Shown: positions 31,465 to 41,453 of the stretch, one piece after another
Layout of the letters: every line of letters starts with the position of its first letter
Position numbering within the stretch: the first letter of the stretch is position 1
Assembly (NCBI GenBank): GCA_017521465.1
Contig: JAFXCN010000011.1
Coordinates: 4,148 to 68,147 of the forward strand
DNA length: 64,000 nucleotides
DNA from: Clostridia bacterium
GTDB lineage: Bacteria; Bacillota; Clostridia; TANB77; UBA1234
Reading direction: 5' to 3'
Notes under the pieces: generated by a model
What the model saw: only the letters and a program-made list of their open reading frames with translations
Databases searched by the model: none
What the model was told of the DNA's origin: nothing
Position numbers and translations under genes: made by a program

Positions 31465-33546
31465 TTAGTGACCACCGCCACCGCCGCCACCACCACGACC
31501 GCCATATCCATAACCGCTACCATATCCACTACTGTAACTGTTTCTTGAATAAGAACGAGTTGCGCTACGAGTTGCTGAATTGAATGAGCGAGAACTGTGT
31601 CTGAAGCTACTAGAGCTATGATATGAATTACTTAAAACAGGACTTGTCTCGAATTCAGGACATCTAATTTTTAATGCTTTAATTACTTTTTCAGAAATAC
31701 CAAATGCTGTTGCATATACTAAATATTGCTCCCATAAAGGTAATTCTATTAACTCTTTTTCACTCATAAGGGTTTCACTATTTAAGAAGTTATATAATCC
31801 ACGCCATTTCGCATATTCGGTTTCTCCATACTGAGTAAGCAATATAGAATTTTTTGAAGCTGTGCTTAAATAATTTGCTGCGAGTAAAAATGCAATTCCA
31901 GTGATGAAGAATGCACCAAAAGCTAAATCTAAACGAGTAGGGTATGACCAAATATTCACTAGAGTTATAAAGAATATTCCAAGTATTACAAAGAATACAG
32001 ACCAATTTCTTAGTGTATTTTTTGTAGTATCAAATTGAGAGTTTTGGAAATATTTTTCACCCACACCAATTTTCTTTATAGAAGAGTCTATATTTGATAC
32101 GAATGAGTTTGTATATACATAGTCAGACGAAACCTTTGATTGGAAGTCTTTCATAGATATTTGAAGTCTAGGTGTATATCTATAAATTAAATCAAAATAA
32201 TGTTTTTCTGCTAACGTAAGTGGTTCTAAAACAAGATTCTTTTCTAGTTGTTGTTTTGTTTGATTTATAATAAGTTTTGTGTTTTTTAATGTCCAATCCT
32301 TGTTTATATCAATTTTTTCAAGCGAGATATATTTTTTTCTAATTAAGCTTAACAATAGTCCAGAGTAACCATCTTCACGATCAGTTAATTTCTTTGATGA
32401 TTTGTGTTTACTAAAAACTAAGTAAGCAGCAAAGTTTGGATCAAGATTATTAGGAATTTCTCTAAAATATTCAAATTGCATTTCTGGTTTATAAAATGTA
32501 TGTTTCTTTCTTGCAACTTTAATTATTATTGTAGCTAAGAAGAATATTACAAATATTCCTAAAATGGCTAATACGAATACTAAAATTTTAAGTAACATAT
32601 ATTCGTCAGGAAGTAGCTCGTGTTTGGCTTGAAGTTCGCGACTTTCTTCTAAATATACATCATCAGAATAAATATTTTTTGGAGCGTGTTCAGTAAAAAT
32701 TTGTTTGTCTCTACCATGTGAAACTAATAAAAATTCAATATATTGATTATATGGTTTGAATTGCAAATCAGCTTCATCCAAATCTATTAAGAAAGTATGA
32801 TATCCTGGATTTGCTGTGCTGGATTCTGTATATGGTATTTGGTGTGAATTAGTACCATAAGCTTTGGCATAGTAATATTCTTCTGCTGGCATATCTTTAT
32901 TTGGGAATAATATTTGTGCTTTAAATGATTCTAAGTATTTTATAGTTTCTTCGGAATACATTGTCAAATATAATTCAGAACAATCTGCATATCGTAATGC
33001 AGCGTTAGACATTTCATATTCAATTTCGAATGTAACTTTTTCACGATATAAGCCGTCTACGTAAAATAATACACATTCGTATTGATCAAGGTATTCGTTA
33101 TATGGGCCTTCGCTGTGATACCACTTTCCAGGACCGTATCCGCCCGCTGTATCTATGTAATCATTATCATACCAATATAATTTAGGACTTTCTTCATAAA
33201 TTATTTCGGTGCCATCATCAAGAATTTGCTTTACTGAGTTAACCTTATATTTAACATGTAATCCATCTACTTCGTTTTCAGGAAGCGCTCTCCATAATTC
33301 CCAGAAAGTATTATTTTTTGATGCAGCGTGAACGTCAAATGTCATTCGTTCCGTAACTAAAATATTACCTCCATGATTAGGTTCGTCGAGAACTATAGCT
33401 TTGTAGTCAATATCAGTTATTCTTGCATAATCAAAAGGATTCCATGCCGGTGGATTTTCTATAAATTCTGGGATTCCTATAAAAAGAAATGGAATCACGA
33501 AAAATGCAAAAAAGTAAAGAAATAAAATTTTAAGTATTTCTTTCAT
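31465..33546 (-). CDS. DUF2207-like membrane protein with Gly-rich C-terminus
   Basis: Signal/TM at N-terminus, TM cluster, C-terminal 'GYGYGGRGGGGGGGGH'. Confidence 0.55.
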   Translation of the reverse strand: MKEILKILFLYFFAFFVIPFLFIGIPEFIENPPAWNPFDYARITDIDYKAIVLDEPNHGGNILVTERMTFDVHAASKNNTFWELWRALPENEVDGLHVKYKVNSVKQILDDGTEIIYEESPKLYWYDNDYIDTAGGYGPGKWYHSEGPYNEYLDQYECVLFYVDGLYREKVTFEIEYEMSNAALRYADCSELYLTMYSEETIKYLESFKAQILFPNKDMPAEEYYYAKAYGTNSHQIPYTESSTANPGYHTFLIDLDEADLQFKPYNQYIEFLLVSHGRDKQIFTEHAPKNIYSDDVYLEESRELQAKHELLPDEYMLLKILVFVLAILGIFVIFFLATIIIKVARKKHTFYKPEMQFEYFREIPNNLDPNFAAYLVFSKHKSSKKLTDREDGYSGLLLSLIRKKYISLEKIDINKDWTLKNTKLIINQTKQQLEKNLVLEPLTLAEKHYFDLIYRYTPRLQISMKDFQSKVSSDYVYTNSFVSNIDSSIKKIGVGEKYFQNSQFDTTKNTLRNWSVFFVILGIFFITLVNIWSYPTRLDLAFGAFFITGIAFLLAANYLSTASKNSILLTQYGETEYAKWRGLYNFLNSETLMSEKELIELPLWEQYLVYATAFGISEKVIKALKIRCPEFETSPVLSNSYHSSSSFRHSSRSFNSATRSATRSYSRNSYSSGYGSGYGYGGRGGGGGGGGH

Positions 33547-33640
33547 TTGTCACCCTTCTTTCGTATAAAGTATATATATAAGTATATATGAAAATATAAA
33601 TGTTTGTAAAGAAATTGTAACTTTTTGGTGAAAAAATATT

Positions 33641-33680
33641 AAAAACAAGATACCTATCATAGAGAGGTATCTTGTTTGAG
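33641..33680. terminator. Terminator hairpin
   Basis: acaagatacct...aggtatcttgt with flanking A/T runs. Confidence 0.5.
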
Positions 33681-33682
33681 TT

Positions 33683-34660
33683 TTAATGTCTTTTTGCAGG
33701 ATTAATTTCAAATATAATTTTGAAAGGTTTGAATTCGTCTAGTGTGTTTTTTTCAAGACATTCTAAAAGTGAGTCTAATTGCGCTTCTGATTTTAAACCA
33801 GCTACAAGCGCAGGATTTAGTTCGTATTTAAACATTAAATCGAATGCGCGTTTTAATGCATCTGCAAAAGATTTCATTTCACGATTACGAATTAAAGAGA
33901 AGACTTCTCTAAATCTTGCTAAGAAAGTATGCCTTGTATAAAATGTCAAATCCATAATAAATTCTCTATTTATAACACTCGATGAATCTTTGAAAACCTT
34001 TGGATATGTTTCAAGATATTTTAACACTTCCGCTTTGGTATATGGCAAATATACTTTGTTATCTCTTTCAGAAATTCTTAATACTAAATTGTCTTCTATA
34101 TCAAGATTTATAGAGGAATTGTTTAGTGCTGATGCTGAAAAATCTGCAATGTTATTATTTTGATTTGATAATTCAAATGCAGCATCTTCACTGGGATCAG
34201 AATACATTGATAAAGCAGGAGTATTTGCAAAAAAATTCTTTACTATGCTATATTTATCATAGATGTCTTGATTTAATTTTGTAGAAAGTTCATCAAAACT
34301 GTCTATATCTTTTTTTATTTTATTAATATCTTCTGACAAATCAGAATCAGCATATGATAAATCTTCTTTCTTTGCGATTAAACGAAGAATATTTTTTTCT
34401 ATAACTTCAAGCCCTTCTTTTGTTATATTTAAATTATCGATTATGCTATTCAATATTTTTAAGACATCTTCTGTATTCATAAGAGATTCTTTGTTAGTCA
34501 TGTTAGATGATTTTAATTGTTCGATATATGTAGTAAGTTGCTTTTGTCTTTTTTGAGCAACTTCTAAGCGAGAATCAGCATTATCTACGTATGAATTTTT
34601 ATTTTTTAAAATTTTAAATAAATCATTAAAACTACTAACGTTTAGATACATATCGTTCAT
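33683..34660 (-). CDS. Hypothetical protein
   Basis: 325-aa ORF with RBS-like 'aggaggc' upstream. Confidence 0.5.
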   Translation of the reverse strand: MNDMYLNVSSFNDLFKILKNKNSYVDNADSRLEVAQKRQKQLTTYIEQLKSSNMTNKESLMNTEDVLKILNSIIDNLNITKEGLEVIEKNILRLIAKKEDLSYADSDLSEDINKIKKDIDSFDELSTKLNQDIYDKYSIVKNFFANTPALSMYSDPSEDAAFELSNQNNNIADFSASALNNSSINLDIEDNLVLRISERDNKVYLPYTKAEVLKYLETYPKVFKDSSSVINREFIMDLTFYTRHTFLARFREVFSLIRNREMKSFADALKRAFDLMFKYELNPALVAGLKSEAQLDSLLECLEKNTLDEFKPFKIIFEINPAKRH

Positions 34661-34740
34661 AAAAAGCCTCCTAAAAAATCTTATACAGTTTTAGTATATC
34701 ACAAGTTGAAAAATATAGACATTACAACGCAATTAATTTT

Positions 34741-34789
34741 TTGTTACAAAAATATTACGAAAATCAACAAATTGTTACAAAAATGTAAC
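34741..34789. promoter_or_regulatory. Direct repeats TTGTTACAAAAAT x2 including a GTTACA-N4-TGTAAC palindrome in a divergent promoter region
   Basis: Seen at 34741-34753 and 34773-34785; palindrome 34774-34789; putative promoter TTGTAG-17-TAAAAT at 34811-34839. Confidence 0.35.
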
Positions 34790-34868
34790 TAAAACTTAAA
34801 ATTACTGTAATTGTAGTTTTGCCGAAAAAACGATAAAATTAATGTAAATTATATTAAGGGAGGTTATT

Positions 34869-35438
34869 ATGGGAAATTCAAACAAAAGAAGTAAAGGGTA
34901 TTTAATTGCTGTACTAGTTATTTTTATCTTAGCACTAGCAGCAGGCTACGCAGCATTTGTTGATACATTAACAATCACAGGTACTGCAAACGCAAAAGGT
35001 AATTTTGATTTGAAATTTACTGAATGTGAAATTACAGGAGCTGTAGGTGTAAATGAAACAAACACAACCGCAGAAATCACTCAAGAAGGCGATCTTCTTA
35101 CAGTTAATGTTGCTGATTTATCATACCCAGGCGCAGGAGTTCAATTTGATACTGTTATTACAAACGTAGGAACAGTACCAGCTAAAGTAAAAGCAGTTAC
35201 ACCAACAAATGTTACAGGTTCAGATAACATCTTAATCGAAGGATTAGACGCTATTGATACTGATCACAAAGTAATTCCTGCAAACGGAACTTGTGAATTT
35301 AGCTTTACAGTACAATGGGATCCAGCTTCAGAAGCAGATTTAAGTGCTGGTGAAAATGTTTCTTTCGGATTAGTAATTGAGTATGAACAAGATACTACAG
35401 AAGTATTTGAAGGAAGTGCTTCACACCAAGACGCCTAA
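34869..35438 (+). CDS. TasA/camelysin-like secreted protein with SipW-cognate-type signal peptide
   Basis: 'LAAGYAAFVDTLTITGTANAKGNFDL' N-terminus. Confidence 0.45.
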   Translation: MGNSNKRSKGYLIAVLVIFILALAAGYAAFVDTLTITGTANAKGNFDLKFTECEITGAVGVNETNTTAEITQEGDLLTVNVADLSYPGAGVQFDTVITNVGTVPAKVKAVTPTNVTGSDNILIEGLDAIDTDHKVIPANGTCEFSFTVQWDPASEADLSAGENVSFGLVIEYEQDTTEVFEGSASHQDA

Positions 35439-35543
35439 GAAAAATAATAGGGGATTATCAATTAGCTAATCCCCTAATTGTTTTATTCTTAATATAATTT
35501 AAATATTAAAAAGGAGAAGGGAAGAGAGAATTCTTACCGTAAC

Positions 35544-36725
35544 TTGAAGATGCAAAAATCAACAAAAGTAACAATTGCATTAATAGTGGGATTGCTAATT
35601 TGTTTTTTTATAAATGAGTTTTATTTTACAAGTCTAGGAAATACATATACATTTATATTAAATCCTATAATGTATGTGGTAATTGCAATTTCATTTAGAA
35701 TATTTCTTGTATCACCATATTCAACAAATAAATTTAAAAAAGATGCAATACAATATGTTGTAATTACTATGCTAGTATATTCGATTATATATCTATTGAT
35801 GGGATTAATTACTGGCTATGCTAGCAATCCATATTCTGCAACATTAAGAGGTATAATTATAAATTTATATGTTTATGCTACAGTTTTTATATCTATAGAA
35901 TATATCAGATATAAACTTATAAGAAATGTATATAATAAAGATATCAAATTAGTTTTTATAATGATAGTTGTAGTATTTTCAATATTAGATTCAAATGTAA
36001 TTGAAATATTTTCTAGATCGTTTTCAGCGTATACATTGTTAAAAACATTGTTCTATAATATAATTCCAGCTGTTGTCAAAAATATTTTATTCACATATAT
36101 TGCTTTGAAAGTAGATTTTGTGCCAGCTATAATATATGAATTATTATATCATATGCTTTTATGGTTGCCACCAATACTTCCAGATGCACCATGGATTATA
36201 GAAGCAATGTTAGATGTAGTTTTTCCATTATTTTTATTATTGTTTATAAGATATTATATAAATAAAAAAGATAGATTTCAGTTAAGTAAAGTATATGACG
36301 AGAGCAAACCGTCAAGCTTCATACCATATTGTATACTTTTAGTTTTATTAATATGGTTTGCATTGGGATTTTTCCCTATTAAACCAGTTGGAATAATGAG
36401 TGGAAGTATGTATCCAGAAATAAAGGTTGGCGATGCAGTACTTATAAAAAAATGTTCACCAAATGATATTGAAGTTCAAGATATAATTGAATATCAAATG
36501 GAAGGATATACAGTAATACATAGAGTTATAGAAATATATCAGGAAGATGGAGAGTTTTTCTTTATAACTAAAGGTGATAATAACGACGATCCAGATAGTA
36601 TACCTGTTAGAGAAAGTCAATTGATTGGGAAAGCGATATACAAAATACCATATATTGCAATACCCGCAGTTTGGTTGCGTTCAAATGGCAACAATGATTT
36701 TGTTGAAGTAGAATTGGGCAACTAG
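35544..36725 (+). CDS. SipW-type (archaeal/ER-type) signal peptidase I fused to a ~270-aa polytopic N-terminal membrane domain
   Basis: 'MSGSMYP' (Ser box), 'VIHRV' (His box), 'ITKGDNNDDPD'. Confidence 0.6.
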   Translation: MKMQKSTKVTIALIVGLLICFFINEFYFTSLGNTYTFILNPIMYVVIAISFRIFLVSPYSTNKFKKDAIQYVVITMLVYSIIYLLMGLITGYASNPYSATLRGIIINLYVYATVFISIEYIRYKLIRNVYNKDIKLVFIMIVVVFSILDSNVIEIFSRSFSAYTLLKTLFYNIIPAVVKNILFTYIALKVDFVPAIIYELLYHMLLWLPPILPDAPWIIEAMLDVVFPLFLLLFIRYYINKKDRFQLSKVYDESKPSSFIPYCILLVLLIWFALGFFPIKPVGIMSGSMYPEIKVGDAVLIKKCSPNDIEVQDIIEYQMEGYTVIHRVIEIYQEDGEFFFITKGDNNDDPDSIPVRESQLIGKAIYKIPYIAIPAVWLRSNGNNDFVEVELGN

Positions 36726-36737
36726 AAGGGGGATAGA

Positions 36738-37793
36738 ATGGAGAAGAAAAGCAAGAAGTCAAGAATAAAACTACAAAAATCAACCAGAGCTATTATTATA
36801 GTAATAGCTTTGGTTGTGTTCGCTTTTTCTTCTGCAAAAGTTCTATCTGCAATGTTTGGAAAGGAAGAATTAAAGTTAGAAAAAGAAGTATATAATTATA
36901 CAAATAGCTATAATTTAAAATATGATGTAAATATTAAGGATAATGATTTTATAGAAGAATCAGTATTACCTATGAATCAAACTTATGTATCTGACTTGGT
37001 AAAAAGTTTAGATATGGAAATGAAATATCAATATGCTGCATCAGAAGAAAGTGATATTCGCTATGACTACAAGATAGATGCGGTAATAGTTGCAAGTCAT
37101 TCAGATGATGGAACACCATATGAAGTTTGGAATAAGACATATAACTTAAAAGAAGTAAAAGATAAAATGGCAAAGAAAAACATATATATAAACGAGGATA
37201 TAAATGTTGATTATGCCAAATATCATGAAGAAGTAAAAGCTTTTAAACAAGAGATGGGAATGGCGTTAGATGCAAAACTTTATATAAGATTGACAGTTGA
37301 TACCAAAACTAAAATTGGAGAAGAAAATGTAGAAAACAAATATGCATCAAACTTTTCAATCTCACTTGGTGAAAAGATTTCTAAAGTAGATGGTAAGATA
37401 GAAGATATGGATCAAAAGTTTGTAACAGCTGAAACAACAGTTAAAACAAAACAATCAGGAACGATTGTATGGAATGTTATATTGTTAATTATATCAATGT
37501 ATGCTGTTTACTATGTAAGAAATAAGACATATATTGCATATAACATTAGAAATGACTTTAAATTAGAATTAAATAGAATATTAAAATCTTGTCAAGACAG
37601 AATAGTAGTTGTTAAAAATAAAGTTGAAATTGAAGGTAATGATATTATCGACGTGAAGAGTTTTGTTGAACTTATAAAATTATCAGAAGAGTTATTCAAA
37701 CCAATATTATATTGGAGTCCAGATGAGGAGGAAGATGAAGCGCAATTCTATGTAATAAGTAACAAAATAGCATATAGATATATTTTAAAATAA
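36738..37793 (+). CDS. Membrane protein, unknown function
   Basis: Two TM helices; RBS GGGGGA. Confidence 0.5.
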   Translation: MEKKSKKSRIKLQKSTRAIIIVIALVVFAFSSAKVLSAMFGKEELKLEKEVYNYTNSYNLKYDVNIKDNDFIEESVLPMNQTYVSDLVKSLDMEMKYQYAASEESDIRYDYKIDAVIVASHSDDGTPYEVWNKTYNLKEVKDKMAKKNIYINEDINVDYAKYHEEVKAFKQEMGMALDAKLYIRLTVDTKTKIGEENVENKYASNFSISLGEKISKVDGKIEDMDQKFVTAETTVKTKQSGTIVWNVILLIISMYAVYYVRNKTYIAYNIRNDFKLELNRILKSCQDRIVVVKNKVEIEGNDIIDVKSFVELIKLSEELFKPILYWSPDEEEDEAQFYVISNKIAYRYILK

Positions 37794-37811
37794 AATAAGG
37801 AGGGGATTTAA

Positions 37812-38351
37812 TTGAAGTATAAAATCAGAAAGAAGAAAAAACTTAAATTAATTCCTCTCTTTTTTATATTAGTTGTTGCACTTGCTGCGATGACCATAGG
37901 TTATTCTGCAATGACTGATGTGCACCGAATAACGGGAACTGCTAATATAAAACCACAACAATCTGGAGAAATTGTAGATGGGCTTAGCACATATGAATTT
38001 AGAGTTATTAGTCAGTGGGAAAATGGAGATCAAACCGGTATTACGAACTATACGGTAAATATTTTTATTACAAACTATGATGGTGACTTAGATGAATGGA
38101 TAGTTAATTTTGATATTTCAAATGGAACTCCGCTTGAAATTATGGCCTGGACTTCTTCAATAACAACGATTACTGATAATAACGTTGACTTCCATTGTCA
38201 AACGTGGAATGCAAATGTTCCTGATGGAACGGTATTAGAACTAGGATTTAATATGTCGGTTGAAACAACTGATCCTACTATTGATATTGCTAATTTTACA
38301 TTCAATGGAAAGAGAATTGAAGGAGAGATTGTATACCAACTTCAGAATTAG
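37812..38351 (+). CDS. Second TasA-like SipW-cognate secreted protein (TTG start)
   Basis: 'LAAMTIGYSAMTDVHRITGTANIKPQ' parallels the 34869 product; RBS AGGAGGGG. Confidence 0.45.
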   Translation: MKYKIRKKKKLKLIPLFFILVVALAAMTIGYSAMTDVHRITGTANIKPQQSGEIVDGLSTYEFRVISQWENGDQTGITNYTVNIFITNYDGDLDEWIVNFDISNGTPLEIMAWTSSITTITDNNVDFHCQTWNANVPDGTVLELGFNMSVETTDPTIDIANFTFNGKRIEGEIVYQLQN

Positions 38352-38405
38352 ATTATTATGCCGATGATAAATTCATGGGCATAAATTTTAAATAAAGAGG
38401 TAAAT

Positions 38406-38843
38406 ATGAAACTTATTGTTTGTATAGATGAAAATAATGGAATGTTGTTTAATAATAGAAGACAATCTAGAGATAGAAATTTAGTACAACACATTATAAA
38501 TTTAGTAGAAGATAAGAAGTTATGGATAAATAATTATTCAGAGAATTTATTTAAATATAAGATAGATTATAATTTGTTTGAAAAAAAATTAAATGAAATA
38601 TGTGAGGAAGACTATTGCTTTATTGAAAATATTTCTCCTAAATTATTAGAAGAACAAGTAGATGAATTAATTATATTTAACTGGAATAGATTATATCCGG
38701 CAGATATGTATTTTGATATATGTTTAGAGGCCTGGCAATTGAAATCAGAAATAGAATTTGAAGGTTTTTCACATGAAAAAATAACACGAAGAATTTACAC
38801 TAGGAGGATAAGAGATGAAAAAGAAAGCAAAGAAAATATATAA
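38406..38843 (+). CDS. Hypothetical protein
   Basis: ORF with RBS 'aagaggtaaatatg'. Confidence 0.45.
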   Translation: MKLIVCIDENNGMLFNNRRQSRDRNLVQHIINLVEDKKLWINNYSENLFKYKIDYNLFEKKLNEICEEDYCFIENISPKLLEEQVDELIIFNWNRLYPADMYFDICLEAWQLKSEIEFEGFSHEKITRRIYTRRIRDEKESKENI

Positions 38844-39717
38844 GAGAAATAGATTACTATTTGTAATGTTATTATTTATATTTTGCTTATGTCTTGTAGG
38901 AATGGCAGATGAAGAATATGGTAATGTACGTGCGACAAATGAGATAATAGAGTTAAATGATATTCCAGAATATACGGATAAGCCATATGTCGTAATTAAT
39001 AACAATAGTCCATTCTTTTTAGAAGAAGAAATGACAGATATTTCTTTTGAAGATTATAGTGAGTTAGATTGGCTTGGAAGATGTGGTGCCGCGATTGCTT
39101 CTATAGGAAAAGATATAATGCCAACATCGGAAAGAGAAAGCATAGGAAGTGTAAAACCATCTGGTTGGCAAACAGTAAAATATGATTTCGTTGATGGAAA
39201 ATATTTATATAATAGATGTCATTTGATTGGATATCAATTGACAGCAGAAAATGCGAACAATAAAAATTTAATAACGGGAACAAGATATTTGAATGTACAA
39301 GGAATGCTTCCTTTTGAAAATATGGTAGCAGATTATATAAAAGAAACAGAGAAGCATGTTTTATATAGAGTTACGCCAATATTTGAAGGTAATAATTTAG
39401 TAGCTTCTGGAGTGCTTATGGAAGCTAAGTCAGTTGAAGATGAGGGAGAAGGAATAGAGTTTAACGTATATTGTTATAATGTGCAACCAGGAGTTAAGAT
39501 TGATTATTCTACAGGCGAAAGCTGGCTAGTAGAAAATACAGAGGATACTAATAATTTGAAAGTTGAGTATATACTAAACACAAATTCTAAAAAGTTTCAT
39601 AAATTATCTTGTAGTGGAATTAATTCTATAAGTGATAAAAATAAAGAAAAATATGTTGGAACTAGAAGCGTTTTGATATTGCAAGGATATGAACCATGCG
39701 GAAGCTGTAATCCTTAA
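38815..39717 (+). CDS. Secreted DNA/RNA non-specific endonuclease (NucA/EndA-like) with C-terminal Cys4 motif
   Basis: N-terminal TM; 'NRCHLIGYQLTAENANNKNLITGTRYLN'; C-terminal 'FHKLSCSG...CGSCNP'. Confidence 0.55.
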   Translation: MKKKAKKIYKRNRLLFVMLLFIFCLCLVGMADEEYGNVRATNEIIELNDIPEYTDKPYVVINNNSPFFLEEEMTDISFEDYSELDWLGRCGAAIASIGKDIMPTSERESIGSVKPSGWQTVKYDFVDGKYLYNRCHLIGYQLTAENANNKNLITGTRYLNVQGMLPFENMVADYIKETEKHVLYRVTPIFEGNNLVASGVLMEAKSVEDEGEGIEFNVYCYNVQPGVKIDYSTGESWLVENTEDTNNLKVEYILNTNSKKFHKLSCSGINSISDKNKEKYVGTRSVLILQGYEPCGSCNP

Positions 39718-39756
39718 AACACTTTATAATGAATATAAGATTGAGAGGTAAGTGGT

Positions 39757-40284
39757 ATGAGTACAGTAGTAGTTTATAAATCAAAATATGGTTCTACGAA
39801 GCAATATGCTGAGTGGATTGCAGAAGAATTAGGCTGTGAAGCTTTAGATGCGAAGAAGGTAAAAATTGATGATTTAGAAAAATATGATACGATAGTATAT
39901 GGTGGTGGGTTGTATGCAGAAGTAATTAACGGAGTAATTTTACTTACCAAAAATATGGATAAACTCGAAGGTAAAAAACTTATAGTTTATTCAACGGGAA
40001 TAACACCACTAAAATATAGTGAATATTATGATAAACTTGTTATAGAAAAGAATTTTAAGCCAGAAATGCTAGAAAAAATAAAAGTATATAATTTCTTGGG
40101 AAAAATGATCTTAGATGAACTTACAATAGTACATAGAACTGCATTAAAAACATTAAAAAAGATTATGCAAGGTAAAGAAAATCCAACAGAAATGGAAAAA
40201 TTGTTAGTAGAACTTTGTGATGCAAATGGAGACTTTAGTGATAGAGAAGCTATAAAAGATTTAGTTGAATATGCAAAACAATAA
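39757..40284 (+). CDS. Flavodoxin-like domain protein
   Basis: 'VVVYKSKYGSTKQYAEWIAEEL'. Confidence 0.55.
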   Translation: MSTVVVYKSKYGSTKQYAEWIAEELGCEALDAKKVKIDDLEKYDTIVYGGGLYAEVINGVILLTKNMDKLEGKKLIVYSTGITPLKYSEYYDKLVIEKNFKPEMLEKIKVYNFLGKMILDELTIVHRTALKTLKKIMQGKENPTEMEKLLVELCDANGDFSDREAIKDLVEYAKQ

Positions 40285-40374
40285 AATAATTTTGGAGGGA
40301 TAATTATAAGTTCTTTTATTATTGTTGATACCAAAGAAAAGAATTTAAAATTATTTGAGAACGATGAATTATTA

Positions 40375-40830
40375 ATGAATGTGGATATTCTAGTTGGAAG
40401 AAATGGTGCTACAAAATATAAGCAAGAGGGCGATGGTAAAACTCCAATTGGAATATTTGAGTTAGGAATTGTGTTCGGAACACACGAAAGAAGTGAAATA
40501 AATTTAGATAAATCAATAGAGTACATAAAAGTAAATTCAAATTTATATTGGATAGATGATATAAACTCTAAATATTATAATAAATTGGTTGATGTTACAA
40601 AAATAAAGAAAGATTGGAGTAGTGCAGAACATTTAATTGATTATCCTATTCAATATGAATACGCAGTTGAAATTAAATCAAATCCAGAAAATATTCCTTG
40701 CAAAGGAAGTGCAATATTTATTCATTGTAGTAATGGAAAAGAAACTGCAGGGTGTGTGTCGTTACCCAAAGAAAAGATGAAAGATCTAATTTCGATAATA
40801 GATAAAAATACTAAAATAATTATAAAATAA
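40375..40830 (+). CDS. L,D-transpeptidase catalytic-domain protein; frame is open upstream to ~40300 so the real start is probably non-ATG
   Basis: 'IHCSNGKETAGCVSL' His/Cys motif. Confidence 0.5.
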   Translation: MNVDILVGRNGATKYKQEGDGKTPIGIFELGIVFGTHERSEINLDKSIEYIKVNSNLYWIDDINSKYYNKLVDVTKIKKDWSSAEHLIDYPIQYEYAVEIKSNPENIPCKGSAIFIHCSNGKETAGCVSLPKEKMKDLISIIDKNTKIIIK

Positions 40831-40835
40831 AAAAA

Positions 40836-40868
40836 TGCCAATGAGGGACGGACTCATTGGCATTTTTT
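40836..40868. repeat. REP-like repeat, copy 3, acting as a bidirectional terminator
   Basis: tgccaatgaGGGACGGACTCattggca followed by TTTTTT. Confidence 0.6.
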
Positions 40869-40874
40869 CATAAA

Positions 40875-41309
40875 TTATAAATATTTCTTTAATGTTTCTA
40901 CGCTATCTTCTTGCATAACTACAAAATCATGTAATATATTTTTTACGTCTGATGCAGCTTCTGGATTTTCGTTAATTAGTCTTCTGCCTTCGATAATTCC
41001 CATATTAGTGCCCTGCATTAATAGTTCTGATAATTTAGATGTAGTATCATCATTAAACGTTTTCATTTGAATTCCATACCATGTCATCATTTTTGTCATA
41101 GTACTAGTTTCGTGTGGTTCTTTATCACTGTAATTAGAGTACAAGTCATTTACTCTTTGAGAAATTTTTTGATATTTATCATACTCTGTATCTAATACTT
41201 CTTTAAAATTACTATCTGAAGCCTTATCAGAAACATATGAGATTGCATTCATTCCCATTGTTGCACCTTTATTAACTTCATCTAAAATATTTAAATTTTG
41301 ATTTTTCAT
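40875..41309 (-). CDS. Hypothetical protein
   Basis: ORF track only. Confidence 0.45.
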   Translation of the reverse strand: MKNQNLNILDEVNKGATMGMNAISYVSDKASDSNFKEVLDTEYDKYQKISQRVNDLYSNYSDKEPHETSTMTKMMTWYGIQMKTFNDDTTSKLSELLMQGTNMGIIEGRRLINENPEAASDVKNILHDFVVMQEDSVETLKKYL

Positions 41310-41453
41310 ATTAAACTCCTATTCTGGTAAAAATATTACCGATATTTCTATTAGTATTGTCAAAATAAAAAAATATATTAAAAAATTGAAAATAATTAAA
41401 TATATGATAAAATGTTTGTGAAATGAACAAAAGAATGAAATGTTGGAGGAATT

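Noticed and set aside
40026-40526. 166-aa minus-strand ORF overlapping the flavodoxin and L,D-transpeptidase genes
   Set aside because: It is antisense to two motif-supported genes and low-complexity
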